A stretch of DNA of 64,000 bases, taken from positions 6,617 to 70,616 of the forward strand of contig CAZGUS010000001.1 of assembly GCA_964529245.1 (NCBI GenBank), given 5' to 3'. Position 1 is the first letter of the stretch; each line of letters opens with the position of its first letter. This DNA is from an uncultured Anaerolineaceae bacterium. Lineage in GTDB: Bacteria > Chloroflexota > Limnocylindria > Limnocylindrales > CSP1-4. Shown here piece by piece: positions 17,247 through 26,988 of this stretch. A model generated the notes under the pieces. It worked only from the letters and a program-made list of their open reading frames with translations, had not been told where the DNA came from and ran no database searches. The position numbers and the translations under genes are program-made.

Positions 17247-18464
17247 TCAGCCGTTGACCAGGCCGCTGGTGTCGACCACCTCGAAGTCGGTGCCGGTCAG
17301 GGTTTGCAGCTTGTGGAGCTGGTCGTCGTTCCAGGCGGCGTTCGGCTCGCCGCTGATGTACCAGGGAGAGCCGTTGTCGGCCAGGATCATGCCGTAGCGC
17401 TTGAGCGCGGTCAGCACGACCTGGGCCTGCGGTCCGAAGCCCGAGATGTCGACGGAGGCCTTGAGGCGGACTCGCAACCCCATGGGCGGAAGGTTGGGGC
17501 ACGGGGCGGCGGTCTGGTGCCGGGCCGGGTAGATGTAGCCGCAAGTGGACGAGGCGGTGAAACGGATGGCATGGTTGATGACGCCGGACGCCACCTCGCT
17601 GTACAGGACGAGCCCCGGCAGGATCGGCAGCCCGGCTGCGTCGGCGCTCGTCCAGCCGGCGGGTCGCAGGGCGTTGGACCGCAGGTTCCAGATCGCGCCC
17701 GAACCGGCGGACCACGTCGAGCCCGACTTGCTGACGGCGTACAGCTCGTACAGCATGCACTTGCCCTTGTCGAGCAGGAGCATGTGGCGGTCCGAGCCGC
17801 CCTCGATCTTGGGGTTGGCCGGGATCGGGTAGGGACCCGGATCCGACTCGTCGGCGTAGTCGAAGCTGACCGTGTACCTGGGCGTGCCGGAGTCCACGAC
17901 GTTGTAGGGGATGCCGTCGCCGATGGTGTCGAAGTCGGGGTGGAGGTAGGAGTTGAGGCCGATGGCATTGATCATGGCCGTCGAGTTGGAGGCCACCGGC
18001 AGGCTCGAGACGTCCTTGTTCCACACGTTCGAGGACGGGAAGATCGGGCACGGGAGCGTGCTCATCAGGGACGGGCCGCTCGGGATCGACGGCGCCCTCG
18101 GGCCGCGGGCGGGACCGGTCTCCGAGGACGACGGCTGCGGCGGCGCGACCGCCGTCCGGGCCTGCGGACCAACGGCCGTGGCCAGGCTCGAACGAACCCG
18201 CGGGCCGGCGGCCGGCAGCGGGGTCGACTCGGGCGCCGGGATGCCGCCCTGGGCCGGGAGCGCGCCGTACAGGTTCGAGTCGGAGGCGCCGGAACCGTCG
18301 AGCCAGCTCGAAGAGGCGGCCGCCGTCGCGACGTCGACGTTCGAAGCGCCTCCGAGCGCGACCCCACCGGCCGCGGGCGGACCGACCGGGACGACGACGA
18401 AGGCGGCGAGGATCAGGCCGGTGGCACCGGCCACGAGCAGCGGAAGCGGGCCGCATCGTCGCAT
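17247..18464 (-). CDS. Secreted or membrane-anchored hypothetical protein (N-terminal TM/signal, Pro/Ser/Ala-rich linker, conserved C-terminal domain)
   Basis: N-terminal hydrophobic segment LPLLVAGATGLILAAFVVV, a low-complexity linker, and a C-terminal domain with a Cys pair. Confidence 0.55.
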   Translation of the reverse strand: MRRCGPLPLLVAGATGLILAAFVVVPVGPPAAGGVALGGASNVDVATAAASSSWLDGSGASDSNLYGALPAQGGIPAPESTPLPAAGPRVRSSLATAVGPQARTAVAPPQPSSSETGPARGPRAPSIPSGPSLMSTLPCPIFPSSNVWNKDVSSLPVASNSTAMINAIGLNSYLHPDFDTIGDGIPYNVVDSGTPRYTVSFDYADESDPGPYPIPANPKIEGGSDRHMLLLDKGKCMLYELYAVSKSGSTWSAGSGAIWNLRSNALRPAGWTSADAAGLPILPGLVLYSEVASGVINHAIRFTASSTCGYIYPARHQTAAPCPNLPPMGLRVRLKASVDISGFGPQAQVVLTALKRYGMILADNGSPWYISGEPNAAWNDDQLHKLQTLTGTDFEVVDTSGLVNG

Positions 18465-18579
18465 GCGCTGATCCTAGAGGCGCCCGGCCGCGCCCGGCAA
18501 CACTTTTCGTCCCGCCGGCCGAAGCCTTGGGTACGGGCTCGGACGCCGGTTCGGGTCCGGTTGGGCGAATAGCGGGATA

Positions 18580-19839
18580 ATGCCGGGGTCCACCGTCCGG
18601 GCGATCGGGCTCCCATCGCGCCCTTCAGTCGAAGTCAGTCGCGAGCTCATGAACGACACGCCGCGGATCCGGCCACGCGCCAAGTGGACCACGTACCTCT
18701 ATCTGGCCACGTGGGGCTACATGCTCTACGGGCTCGGCAGCGCCACGCCCTATCTACGAAGCGACCTGCGGCTCAGCGCGTTCGAGGCCGGCCTGCATGC
18801 ATCCGCGCTGGCCGTGGGGGTCCTGGCCGCAGGCGCGACGGCGGACGCCATCGGGCGGAGGATCGGCCCGAGTCGGTTGCTGGACCTGTCGGTCCTCTAC
18901 TTCGCCGTGGCGGCGGTGCTGATCACCGTCGCGCCAGTCGTGCCCGTGTCTCTGTTCGGCGCGTTCCTTCTGGGCCTCGGCGGCGGCACGCTGGTGACGC
19001 AGGTCAACCTCCAGCTGAGCCGGTTCGGGCAGGCCCAGAGCCGCATCCTCCTGTCCCAGGCCAACGCCGTCACGATGCTCGCGGCCGCGGGGGCGCCGAT
19101 GGCGATCGGACTTGCGGCGTCGCTCGGGAACGCCTGGCGGTTAGCGATAATTGCGCCGCTTATCTGGATGGTCGCCCTGACGGCCCTTCGACCGCGCGAC
19201 CCGGGGAGCGCAATCGAGGAGCACGCGCCGAAGGCCCGCCTTCCGCGGGCGTACTGGATCGCCTGGCTGCTGCTGGTCCTCGGCGTGTCGATGGAGTTCT
19301 CGTTCGTCTACTGGGGCTCCACGATGGTCATCCTCAGGACCGGCATATCCACGGCCGAGGCGACGATGCTTGCCAGCCTGTTCGTATTCGGCATGCTCGT
19401 CGTCCGAGTGGTCGCGGGCGCCGGGGCCGGGTCGGGCCGCTCGCCCCTCACGCTCCTGGTTGCGGGTATGGTCGCCGCAATAATCGGAGCCGGGCTGACG
19501 TGGCTCTCGCCGACGCCGATCCTGTCCGGCCTGGGGCTGTTCGTGGGCGGATGCGGTGTCTCGATCCAGTGGCCGCTTGGTGTCACGGTGGCCATGCACA
19601 GCGCCGGCGCGGCGCAGCTTCAGGCGTCCGCGCGAGCGACCTTCGGGTCCGGGCTCGCGATTCTGATAGCCCCGGCTATGCTGGGACTTGCCGGCGACGC
19701 GTTCGGCGTCACGGCGGCCTGGCCGATCATCATCGCCTTCGCCGTCTGCGACCTCGGGGTTGCCGCCGTGGCCTTCCGATTCGCCTCGGGGGCGTCCATC
19801 GGCGAATCGCCCCAGTCGAGGATCACGGCTGCCAGCTGA
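18580..19839 (+). CDS. MFS transporter
   Basis: About 12 predicted TM helices and a typical MFS layout. Alternative start at 18649. Confidence 0.75.
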   Translation: MPGSTVRAIGLPSRPSVEVSRELMNDTPRIRPRAKWTTYLYLATWGYMLYGLGSATPYLRSDLRLSAFEAGLHASALAVGVLAAGATADAIGRRIGPSRLLDLSVLYFAVAAVLITVAPVVPVSLFGAFLLGLGGGTLVTQVNLQLSRFGQAQSRILLSQANAVTMLAAAGAPMAIGLAASLGNAWRLAIIAPLIWMVALTALRPRDPGSAIEEHAPKARLPRAYWIAWLLLVLGVSMEFSFVYWGSTMVILRTGISTAEATMLASLFVFGMLVVRVVAGAGAGSGRSPLTLLVAGMVAAIIGAGLTWLSPTPILSGLGLFVGGCGVSIQWPLGVTVAMHSAGAAQLQASARATFGSGLAILIAPAMLGLAGDAFGVTAAWPIIIAFAVCDLGVAAVAFRFASGASIGESPQSRITAAS

Positions 19840-20076
19840 CGCAGGTGGCCCTGGATGTAGCAGTACGTTAGGGCGGCAGTTCCTGGTACCTGCGGAGTGG
19901 TGATCGCGATGGATCGCCGCCCCATGATCGCGAATGGTCGTCCGTGGCTCCCGGCAACACGCGACGGACCGCGACCTCCTGCAGGCGCGAGGCAATGGAC
20001 GCGCCCGAGCAACGCGTGCCGGTCAATGGAGACTTGAGGACCCCGCCGTGCGGGCAGGCCGGCGGCAGCGGGGGCC

Positions 20077-20985
20077 ATGGAGAGCAACGTGGACGAGTCG
20101 GCGCCGCGCCGCCCGAACCGATTCCTGGTGGACCTGGCGGAGGCTATGCGTTCCGCCGCGGAGACGGCGAAGCTGGCGTCGATCGAACGCTCCAGGGCGG
20201 AGGCCAAGACATATGTCGAGGCACTCGGCGCCAACACGGCCGATGAAGTCGCCGCCATGAAGCAGGCCGCCGAAGCCGACGTCGCCACGATCCGGGAGCG
20301 CTCCAAGCCGAGAATCGAGCGAGTTCGCGCGGAGGCCGAGCAGCGGATCGGAAGGCGCCGCGAGCTTCTCGAGCGGCAGCTGGCAGATCGCGGCTCGGCC
20401 GGCGAGCTCGAGGTTGACCGCGTGCAGGCACGTGCCACCGCATTCCAGGAAGAAGTGGCGCGTTTCTTCGACCAGCTTCCCCAGGGCGCCGATCCAACCG
20501 TCTTCGCCAGGATGGCATCGCAGATGCCGGACCCGCCCGACTTCGAGAATCTGGCGAGCGAGGCGCCGGCAGCCCAGCCCGTTACGGCAGATCGCGACCT
20601 CGAGAGCAAGCCCGCACCCGGGACCGCGGCTGCCAGAGCGCCTCTTGCGCCGGGCACGATCTCCGGCGCCGGGGCGGTCCGGGGGCGCTATTTCCCGGAG
20701 TGGTATGTCGAGGTCGAGCGGCTGCTGGAGGTTGGCGACGAGGACGGAGCCGTGTCACTGCTTCTCGACATCGCCGAAGGGACCGAGGCCGAGTCGGTCG
20801 CCGAGGATGTCGCCGTCGCGCCGAAAGCCTATGAGGAGCTGGCCGCCATCTATCGCGGTCGCGGGAATGTCGAGGCTGAGGTACTGATCCTCGAACGCTT
20901 CGCGCGCCAGAAACGCGCCCCGGGGCCCGTGCCGGCGAAGCTCCTGGAGCGGCTGGCGTCCCTCAAGGGATCGCCCAAGCGCTAG
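20077..20985 (+). CDS. Hypothetical coiled-coil protein
   Basis: GC3-biased ORF with an Ala/Glu/Arg-rich helical composition. Confidence 0.5.
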   Translation: MESNVDESAPRRPNRFLVDLAEAMRSAAETAKLASIERSRAEAKTYVEALGANTADEVAAMKQAAEADVATIRERSKPRIERVRAEAEQRIGRRRELLERQLADRGSAGELEVDRVQARATAFQEEVARFFDQLPQGADPTVFARMASQMPDPPDFENLASEAPAAQPVTADRDLESKPAPGTAAARAPLAPGTISGAGAVRGRYFPEWYVEVERLLEVGDEDGAVSLLLDIAEGTEAESVAEDVAVAPKAYEELAAIYRGRGNVEAEVLILERFARQKRAPGPVPAKLLERLASLKGSPKR

Positions 20986-21046
20986 GACGGACGCGCGCAG
21001 GCCGAAGCCCCGGAGGGCGTTCCCCGATCGAATGGCAGGAGGGGAG

Positions 21047-21121
21047 TGGAGCCGACACTCGGATTCGAACCGAGGACCTGTTGTTTACGAAACAACTGCT
21101 CTACCGCTGAGCTATGTCGGC
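21047..21121 (-). tRNA. tRNA-Thr (anticodon CGU)
   Basis: The reverse complement reads GCCGACATAGCTCAGCGGTAGAGCAGTTGTTTCGTAAACAACAGGTCCTCGGTTCGAATCCGAGTGTCGGCTCCA. It has a 7-bp acceptor stem, a D-loop AGCTCAGCGGTAGAGC, an anticodon loop TTCGTAA, a T-loop GGTTCGAATCC and an encoded CCA. Confidence 0.85.
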
Positions 21122-21321
21122 CGGTCGTCGCGCTCGCGGGAGCGAATCGCTCCTCGGACGCGGTCCTGACGCTTCGACTCCCCGGCGTGGCGGCGATGCC
21201 CTCGAAGTCTTGGGCTGCTGCCGAAACGCGCTCTGGGAGCCGTCGCGAGTGCCAAGTCTAGCGGGCGACGCGCCGCTACGCACGCGCAGCTCGGCCGCGC
21301 CGGTGGCGCGGTCAACTGCGG

Positions 21322-21930
21322 CTAGCGATCGCCTGCTATCCAGCCTTGCCGCTGGGCCACTCGCACCAGCGACGTCCGGCTCGTCACGTCGTAGCGGTCG
21401 AACATCCGCCGCAGCTGGCTTTCGACGGTCTTGACCCGGAGCGACAGACGCTCGGCGATCTCGGCGTTGCCGATGCCCTCGGCTACGAGCGCGAGAATCT
21501 GGGCTTCGCGCGGGGTCGGCGGGCGGAGCGCGGTGCGCACGGCCCGCTTGACGTCGTCGGGGAAGGCCGTGCCGCCCGCAGCGACGGTTCGCACGGCCGT
21601 GAGGATCTGCCCGATCGCGGCCATCTTGGAGAGGTAACCCCTGGCTCCGTGCTCGACCGCGGCGACGTAGTAGCTCGGGTACGAGTAGGCGCTCAGCATG
21701 ATGAACGCCGGGCCCGGCGTGTGGCGGGCGAGCAGGTCCAGCCCGTCCATGGTCCCGGACAGGCGGATGTCGCACAGGACGATATCCGGCGCTTGCGCCG
21801 CGATCAGGCGGTCGGCCGCGTCGCAGTCGCCGGCGGTCCCGACGACCGTCACGTCCGGCTCGCCGCGGAGCAGTGCGGTGAGCCCCTCGGCGATGGCCGG
21901 ATGATCCTCGACGATGGCCAGACGGATCAT
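21322..21930 (-). CDS. NarL/LuxR-family response regulator
   Basis: Receiver domain (IVEDHP...DIVLCDIRL) and a C-terminal LuxR HTH (EAQILALVAEGIGNAEIAERLSLRVKTVESQL). Overlaps the upstream kinase gene. Confidence 0.85.
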   Translation of the reverse strand: MIRLAIVEDHPAIAEGLTALLRGEPDVTVVGTAGDCDAADRLIAAQAPDIVLCDIRLSGTMDGLDLLARHTPGPAFIMLSAYSYPSYYVAAVEHGARGYLSKMAAIGQILTAVRTVAAGGTAFPDDVKRAVRTALRPPTPREAQILALVAEGIGNAEIAERLSLRVKTVESQLRRMFDRYDVTSRTSLVRVAQRQGWIAGDR

Positions 21931-24900
21931 TTCCGGCCCACCGCCGCGGCCGCGTGGCTGCCGCCATTTCGATTGGCCAGCGGCAGCCGAACGACGACCG
22001 TCGTGCCCGCACCGAAGGCAGAGGTGGCCTCGATCGTTCCACCGTGAGCGGTCACGATTTCACGCGCGAGGTAGAGCCCCAGGCCCAGCCCGGCCGACGG
22101 CTTGTGTCCCAGTCTCGTGTACGGCTGGAATAGCTGGGGCATGACTTCGGCGGCGATCCCCGGCCCGTGATCGCAGACCTCGACGACAGCGAATGTGCCG
22201 GAGCGACTCATCGTCACGTCGATCTGCGGCGATGCCGCCGCGTGCTCGACGGCGTTGGCGAGCAGATTGACGAAGACCTGCCCCAGACGGCCGCGGTCCC
22301 CGAGCACCAGGATCGGAGCCCGAACCGGTGCGACTCTGATCGGCTGGGCCTTCGGCAGAGTCTCGGCGACTTCGACCGCGTTGCGCACAACGGCCACGAG
22401 ATCGATCGGCGCGGTCACCAGCTCGAGGCGGCCGGCCTGGACGCGGCTCACGTCGAAGAGGCGCTCGATGAGCTCACCGACCTGCCTCGTTTGCGCGAGC
22501 GCCCGGTCGGCGTAGGTGCGCGCCTGCGGCGACGCCTCCGGGCCGAGATGCCGCTCGACAAGCTGCAGGTACCCGTGGAGGGCGGCAACCGGGGTCTTGA
22601 GCTCGTGACCGGCCGCGGCCATCAACCGCTCCAGGCTGACCCGCATAGTCCGCTCGGACAGGTCGCGGATGGCGAGGACTCCACCCCACGTTCGGTCGCC
22701 GGCGGTGAGAGGCTCCGCCACGGCCTCGAACCAGCGCCGGGTTCCATCGGGCTGGGTAACGGCGAATTCCATGCGGAATCGCTCTCCTCGAGCGGCTCGC
22801 TGCTGCGGTCGGTCGGCGGCAGGCATCGGCAGCCCGGCGGCATCTTCCGGTTCCATCTCGGTTTCGGCGCTGCCGAAGAGCCGATCGTACGCGTCGTTCG
22901 TGGCCACGATGTGGCCCTCGTGGTCGACGGCGACGACCGCGTCTCCGAGGCTGGCCAGGATCGAACGAAGACGATCGTGCTCCTCCTTTATCCCGAGCCG
23001 CTGCTGCTCGAGCACGATCGTCTGGGCGCTGAGCTGGTCGGTCCTAGTGGCAAGGTCCTCGTTGGCGACCCGAAGCTCCTCGACGCTGGCGGTCAGTTCC
23101 TCGTTGAGGGTCTCGAGCTCTTCGTTGGTTGCCTGGAACTCCTCGTTGACCGTCTCCGCTTCCTCGCTGGTCGCCTGGGCATCCTCGCTGGCCAGGAGCA
23201 TGGCTTCGTTTCCGGCTCGCAGCTCCGCGACCAGGGCAGTCAGCTCCTCGTTCGCGCGGAGGAGCCGCCCGTTTGTGGCGACCGCCTTGTCTAGCCGCTG
23301 CCGAGTCCGGAGGTCGCCGCGCCTCTCGCGCTCGGACCTGGTGACGTCCGTCAGTTCGACGACGACACCTTCGACGGCGCCCGCCTCGACCCGATACGGG
23401 CGGACGGCGGCCTCGACGAAGTGGGTCGTCTCGCCCGCGGCGTCCGCCGGCTCCACCTCGAAGATGGCCGTACTGGTCTTGCCCGTGAGCGCTGAATCGA
23501 TGGCGGCCCTCATGGCGCTTGGCGGCAGCGCCTCGGCGAGATGGACGAAGTCCTGGTCGTAGGCCGTGCCGTGGATGCCCAGCATCTGCCGCGCTGCGGT
23601 GTTGATCCGCAGGATGTAGTAACGCGGGTCCACGACGACGATGCCGACCGTCAGGCCCAGGAGCAGGCTGTCCGCCGAGGCCGACGATTCCGCCACCCGT
23701 TGAGCGTCGCGGTGCGTGACCCGGATAGCCCGATCGAGGCGGGTCTCCGGTGTCCTGCGGGCGCGGAGCGCCGTTCGCAGCGGCGGGATCGCGTACTGCC
23801 CGGCCAGCCGGCGGAAGACTCGCAGCCTCGGGTCCTCGTCCTCGAACGGGTCCGGCAGGGCGGTGATCGATTCGGACGTGCCGAGCACCAGCCGGCCACC
23901 CGCCCGCAACGAGAATGCGAACGTTTCGAGGGCGACTCTCTGCATCGGCGCGGCAAAGTAGATCAGGACGTTGCGGCACAGGATAAGATCGATCCGCGGG
24001 AAGGGCGCTCTCTCGCCGAGATCGTGCTGGCCGAAGACCATCATGTCGCGCAGGCGTTTGGAGACTTCGAAGCCGCCGTCGGACTTGACGAGGTAGCGTT
24101 CTCGCGCCCCGGCCGGCAGGCCCTTGAGCGCCGCCATCGGGTAGATCCCGCGGCGCGCGAAGGCGATGGCGTCGCCATCGATGTCGGTCGCGAAGATCCG
24201 GATGTCGGGCCAGGGAAGCTCGTCCCCGAGTGCTTCGGCGACGATGATTGCCAGAGAATAGGCCTCTTCTCCGGTCGAACAACCCGCCGACCAGATGCGC
24301 AGCTCCCGCAGTTCGCGCCTGGCGTCCGCGATCAGCTCGGGCAGGACGCGCGTGCGCAGGTACTCGAAGAGCTTCGGATCCCGGAAGAACTCCGTGACTT
24401 TGATGAGGAGGCTGTTGACCAGGCGCGCGTACTCCTCCGGATCGGACTCCACGCAGGCTACGTAGTCGGCCAGCGTCGGACGCCCCGTGGCGTTCATACG
24501 GCCGTGCAGGCGCCTCAGGATGGTGGCCGGTTTGTAGCTTCGGAAGTCGACGCCGCTGCGTTCATGGATGAGCTCCAGGAGACCGCGAAGGTCGGCCTCG
24601 TCGTGCGCCGCAGCCGCGGGTCTGCCGGCGGCAAGGAGTTCGCACAAGACGGCGCCGATCTCATCGAGGTCCGCGGTCGCGTCGACCAGCGAAGGCGGGA
24701 TCGAGTTCGGCATCGAGGGGAACATCGCGGTCGCCGGGTTCTCGATCACCACCGCTCCACCGGCCTGCTTGACGTGCCAGGCTCCTGAGGAGCCGTCGGA
24801 CCCGCTGCCGGTCAGGATCACGGCGATGAGCCCTGGACCGAACACGCGGGCTGCGCTCTCGAAGAGGACGTCGATCGAAGGCGCGACCGCTCCCGGTTTG

Positions 24901-25202
24901 GCGGCCCGGAGCCGCAGGTCGCCGTGGCTGATCTCCACCATCCGGTTCGAAGGGACGACGAAGATGACGCCGTCCTCCAGCGCCTCTCGCTCCTCGACGA
25001 CGCGGACGGGCAGCGTCGCGCGGCGGGCCAGGATCTCGTGCAGATGGCTCGGGCGGCGCGGATCGAGGTGCTGCGCGATCACGATCGGCGCGGGGAAATC
25101 CGCCGGCAGGCTTGCCACCACGCGGGAGAGCGCCTCGATCCCGCCCGCCGATGAGCCGATCACGACAAGCTGGGCTTCTGCAGAGATCGCTGATGACGCC
25201 AT
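21927..25202 (-). CDS. Multidomain chemotaxis-type sensor: CheB methylesterase, CheR methyltransferase, PAS domain, coiled-coil, PAS domain, histidine kinase
   Basis: CheB block LVVIGSSAGGIEAL...IVIAQHL. CheR blocks FFRDP...IWSAGCSTGEEAYSLAI. Heptad region EELTALVAELRAGNEA...EELETLNEEL. H-box HELKTPVAAL. HATPase GLGLGLYLAREIV. The ATG at 25202 was chosen because the CheB domain starts there. Confidence 0.8.
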   Translation of the reverse strand: MASSAISAEAQLVVIGSSAGGIEALSRVVASLPADFPAPIVIAQHLDPRRPSHLHEILARRATLPVRVVEEREALEDGVIFVVPSNRMVEISHGDLRLRAAKPGAVAPSIDVLFESAARVFGPGLIAVILTGSGSDGSSGAWHVKQAGGAVVIENPATAMFPSMPNSIPPSLVDATADLDEIGAVLCELLAAGRPAAAAHDEADLRGLLELIHERSGVDFRSYKPATILRRLHGRMNATGRPTLADYVACVESDPEEYARLVNSLLIKVTEFFRDPKLFEYLRTRVLPELIADARRELRELRIWSAGCSTGEEAYSLAIIVAEALGDELPWPDIRIFATDIDGDAIAFARRGIYPMAALKGLPAGARERYLVKSDGGFEVSKRLRDMMVFGQHDLGERAPFPRIDLILCRNVLIYFAAPMQRVALETFAFSLRAGGRLVLGTSESITALPDPFEDEDPRLRVFRRLAGQYAIPPLRTALRARRTPETRLDRAIRVTHRDAQRVAESSASADSLLLGLTVGIVVVDPRYYILRINTAARQMLGIHGTAYDQDFVHLAEALPPSAMRAAIDSALTGKTSTAIFEVEPADAAGETTHFVEAAVRPYRVEAGAVEGVVVELTDVTRSERERRGDLRTRQRLDKAVATNGRLLRANEELTALVAELRAGNEAMLLASEDAQATSEEAETVNEEFQATNEELETLNEELTASVEELRVANEDLATRTDQLSAQTIVLEQQRLGIKEEHDRLRSILASLGDAVVAVDHEGHIVATNDAYDRLFGSAETEMEPEDAAGLPMPAADRPQQRAARGERFRMEFAVTQPDGTRRWFEAVAEPLTAGDRTWGGVLAIRDLSERTMRVSLERLMAAAGHELKTPVAALHGYLQLVERHLGPEASPQARTYADRALAQTRQVGELIERLFDVSRVQAGRLELVTAPIDLVAVVRNAVEVAETLPKAQPIRVAPVRAPILVLGDRGRLGQVFVNLLANAVEHAAASPQIDVTMSRSGTFAVVEVCDHGPGIAAEVMPQLFQPYTRLGHKPSAGLGLGLYLAREIVTAHGGTIEATSAFGAGTTVVVRLPLANRNGGSHAAAAVGRK

Positions 25203-25448
25203 TGTCTTCACAGTATGGGTGCCGGACGGGCCCAGGCAACTCGGCGAGCCGATCGGCCCGCAGGCTACTCTGCGCCGGCAGTGCCGGGTTTCCATCCTCG
25301 CGATCGGCGCGGCGGGCGCGCATCGTAGAGGCCCGGGCGAATAGCGCGAGTCGCCGAGACGAAACCGAGGCCCCGGGCCTGCTCATGGGACTCATGAGCG
25401 CTCTGGCGACTCTCGCGTTGGGAGCCGGCCCGGCGCGGAGGATCTGAC

Positions 25449-25862
25449 ATGACGACGATGGAAGCCACGATCGAAACCCAGGACGACGATCAGGAATCGT
25501 TCGAAAGCGCGCGAGCCGCGATCGATCACGCCCGCACGGGCGTAGCCAATGCCGTTGGGCATGTGCCCGAGATCGCCGGCATGGCTCGCGATCGCGCCGA
25601 GGAGGTCGCCGATCGGCTCCCGGGAGCGTTCGACCGCGTGCAGGCCGGCGCCGGCAGCACCGTGACCCGCCTCCAGACGATGCCGGATTCGGCGTTGCGG
25701 CTTCTGGCCGCCGTCTCGATCGGCCTTGGCGCAGGGCTCCGAATCGCCGGCGCACCGCGGCTGGTCACCCTGGCAGGCTTCGCACCCGCATCGATCTTCG
25801 GCTTCGCGATCATGTCTCGCCCTCGCCGGGTCCACCTGACTTCGCACCCGACCCAGCCGTAG
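25449..25862 (+). CDS. Hypothetical small protein (acidic N-terminus, hydrophobic C-terminus)
   Basis: RBS GGAGGAT lies 6 nt upstream of the ATG. GC3 bias. Confidence 0.5.
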   Translation: MTTMEATIETQDDDQESFESARAAIDHARTGVANAVGHVPEIAGMARDRAEEVADRLPGAFDRVQAGAGSTVTRLQTMPDSALRLLAAVSIGLGAGLRIAGAPRLVTLAGFAPASIFGFAIMSRPRRVHLTSHPTQP

Positions 25863-25903
25863 GCCGGAGTCACGGCTCCGCGTGGCACGGTTGGTCTTCA
25901 GCG

Positions 25904-25919
25904 GGTTTTCATCCTCGCG
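25904..25919. promoter_or_regulatory. Conserved 16-mer GGTTTTCATCCTCGCG (copy 1), about 130 bp upstream of the Cys-rich protein gene
   Basis: Exact duplicate at 26989-27004. Both copies are preceded by AGC(A)GGG. Confidence 0.4.
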
Positions 25920-26049
25920 CGACGCCTTCGGCGGGGTGCAACATCGATTCTGCCTCGGTGGGTGAAGGGCAGAAATATCCGAACTCGGCGAATAGTCGGC
26001 TGATGCACCACCGGCAGCTCCCGATCGGATTCTCCGGGAGGCTGTTTCC

Positions 26050-26853
26050 ATGGGCAGGTTCAGGTTCCTATTCCGAGGCCTTATAGCATTTGCCTTGCTG
26101 GCCCCGATTTCCATGATCGCCACAGCGCCTGTGTCCGCTGCTACGGCAGCCGCGACCACGACGTGCAGCAACGGCGTCGACAACACGCCCGGCCTCGGTC
26201 TGATCTGCGAGGTCACGATCGTCAACACCGTCACGGGCAGTGGCGGATCCGCAAAAGTGACGATCCACGAGTGTCACGGCGCGGCGGGCGCACCGACGGC
26301 CGCCTGCTCGACGAAGACGACCACCCTGACCACGCCGGTGACCTCAGTCAATCAATGCAATAACTCGATCGGTGGCGGCGGCGGCACGCTTCGCTGCAGC
26401 GTCACGGTCACGACCAACTTCTACGGTGGCATTGGTCCTGGTGCGACGGCTGCCACGGTGAACCAGTGCGTCGGTTCCGGCGGCGGGATCACCACCGGCT
26501 GCGATCCGATCCCGGCCAACACCACCGGAGCTGCGATCACGCAGTGCAACGGCTCTGCCAACGGCGGAACCCTCGTCCAGCTGACCTGCACCGCGACCGG
26601 GGCGATGTCCTCGGCCCTCGTGGTCACGGTCACTCAGTGCAACGGCTCGGCCAACGGCGGCGGAGCGCTGGTCATCTGCTCGACCAGCCTGGCGAACCGC
26701 GCGGTCACCGGCACGCCACCGCCCACCGGCACCGTCGGCCAGAGCTCGCCGAGCAACAACTCGACGCCGCTGCTGCCGCTGCTGGTCCTGCTGGCCTCGT
26801 GCGGGTTCGGTATTGCGCTCGTCACCGCGCGGCGCCGGAGCGCCTTCATCTAA
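26050..26853 (+). CDS. Secreted Cys/Thr/Gly-rich repeat protein with a signal peptide and a C-terminal TM anchor
   Basis: Signal peptide FALLAPISMIATAPVSAATA. Repeated modules of the form xQCNGSANGG(T/G)L(V)xLxC (12 Cys in the ectodomain). C-terminal LLPLLVLLASCGFGIALVTARRR. Confidence 0.6.
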   Translation: MGRFRFLFRGLIAFALLAPISMIATAPVSAATAAATTTCSNGVDNTPGLGLICEVTIVNTVTGSGGSAKVTIHECHGAAGAPTAACSTKTTTLTTPVTSVNQCNNSIGGGGGTLRCSVTVTTNFYGGIGPGATAATVNQCVGSGGGITTGCDPIPANTTGAAITQCNGSANGGTLVQLTCTATGAMSSALVVTVTQCNGSANGGGALVICSTSLANRAVTGTPPPTGTVGQSSPSNNSTPLLPLLVLLASCGFGIALVTARRRSAFI

Positions 26854-26988
26854 TAGCCAACCCTCAGTCGCCTCCTCGACTGCAATGGGTCTGACCTGAT
26901 CGACGGGCCGCTCTCCCGGCCCGTCGATCCATGTCCGGCCGGTGCCGCCGTCGACTCTTGCCCCGCAGGCCGGCGCCTCTCGAGCAGG

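Noticed and set aside
17014-18572. 480-aa minus-strand and 422-aa plus-strand ORFs overlapping the secreted-protein gene
   Set aside because: Frames with extreme Arg/Gly/Pro content. Only the 17247-18464 minus frame has a signal peptide and domain-like composition.
20986-21321. The tRNA-Thr flank as an attachment site for an integrated element
   Set aside because: No integrase, no direct repeat of the tRNA 3' end and no compositional shift were visible on either side. The adjacent genes look like core genes.
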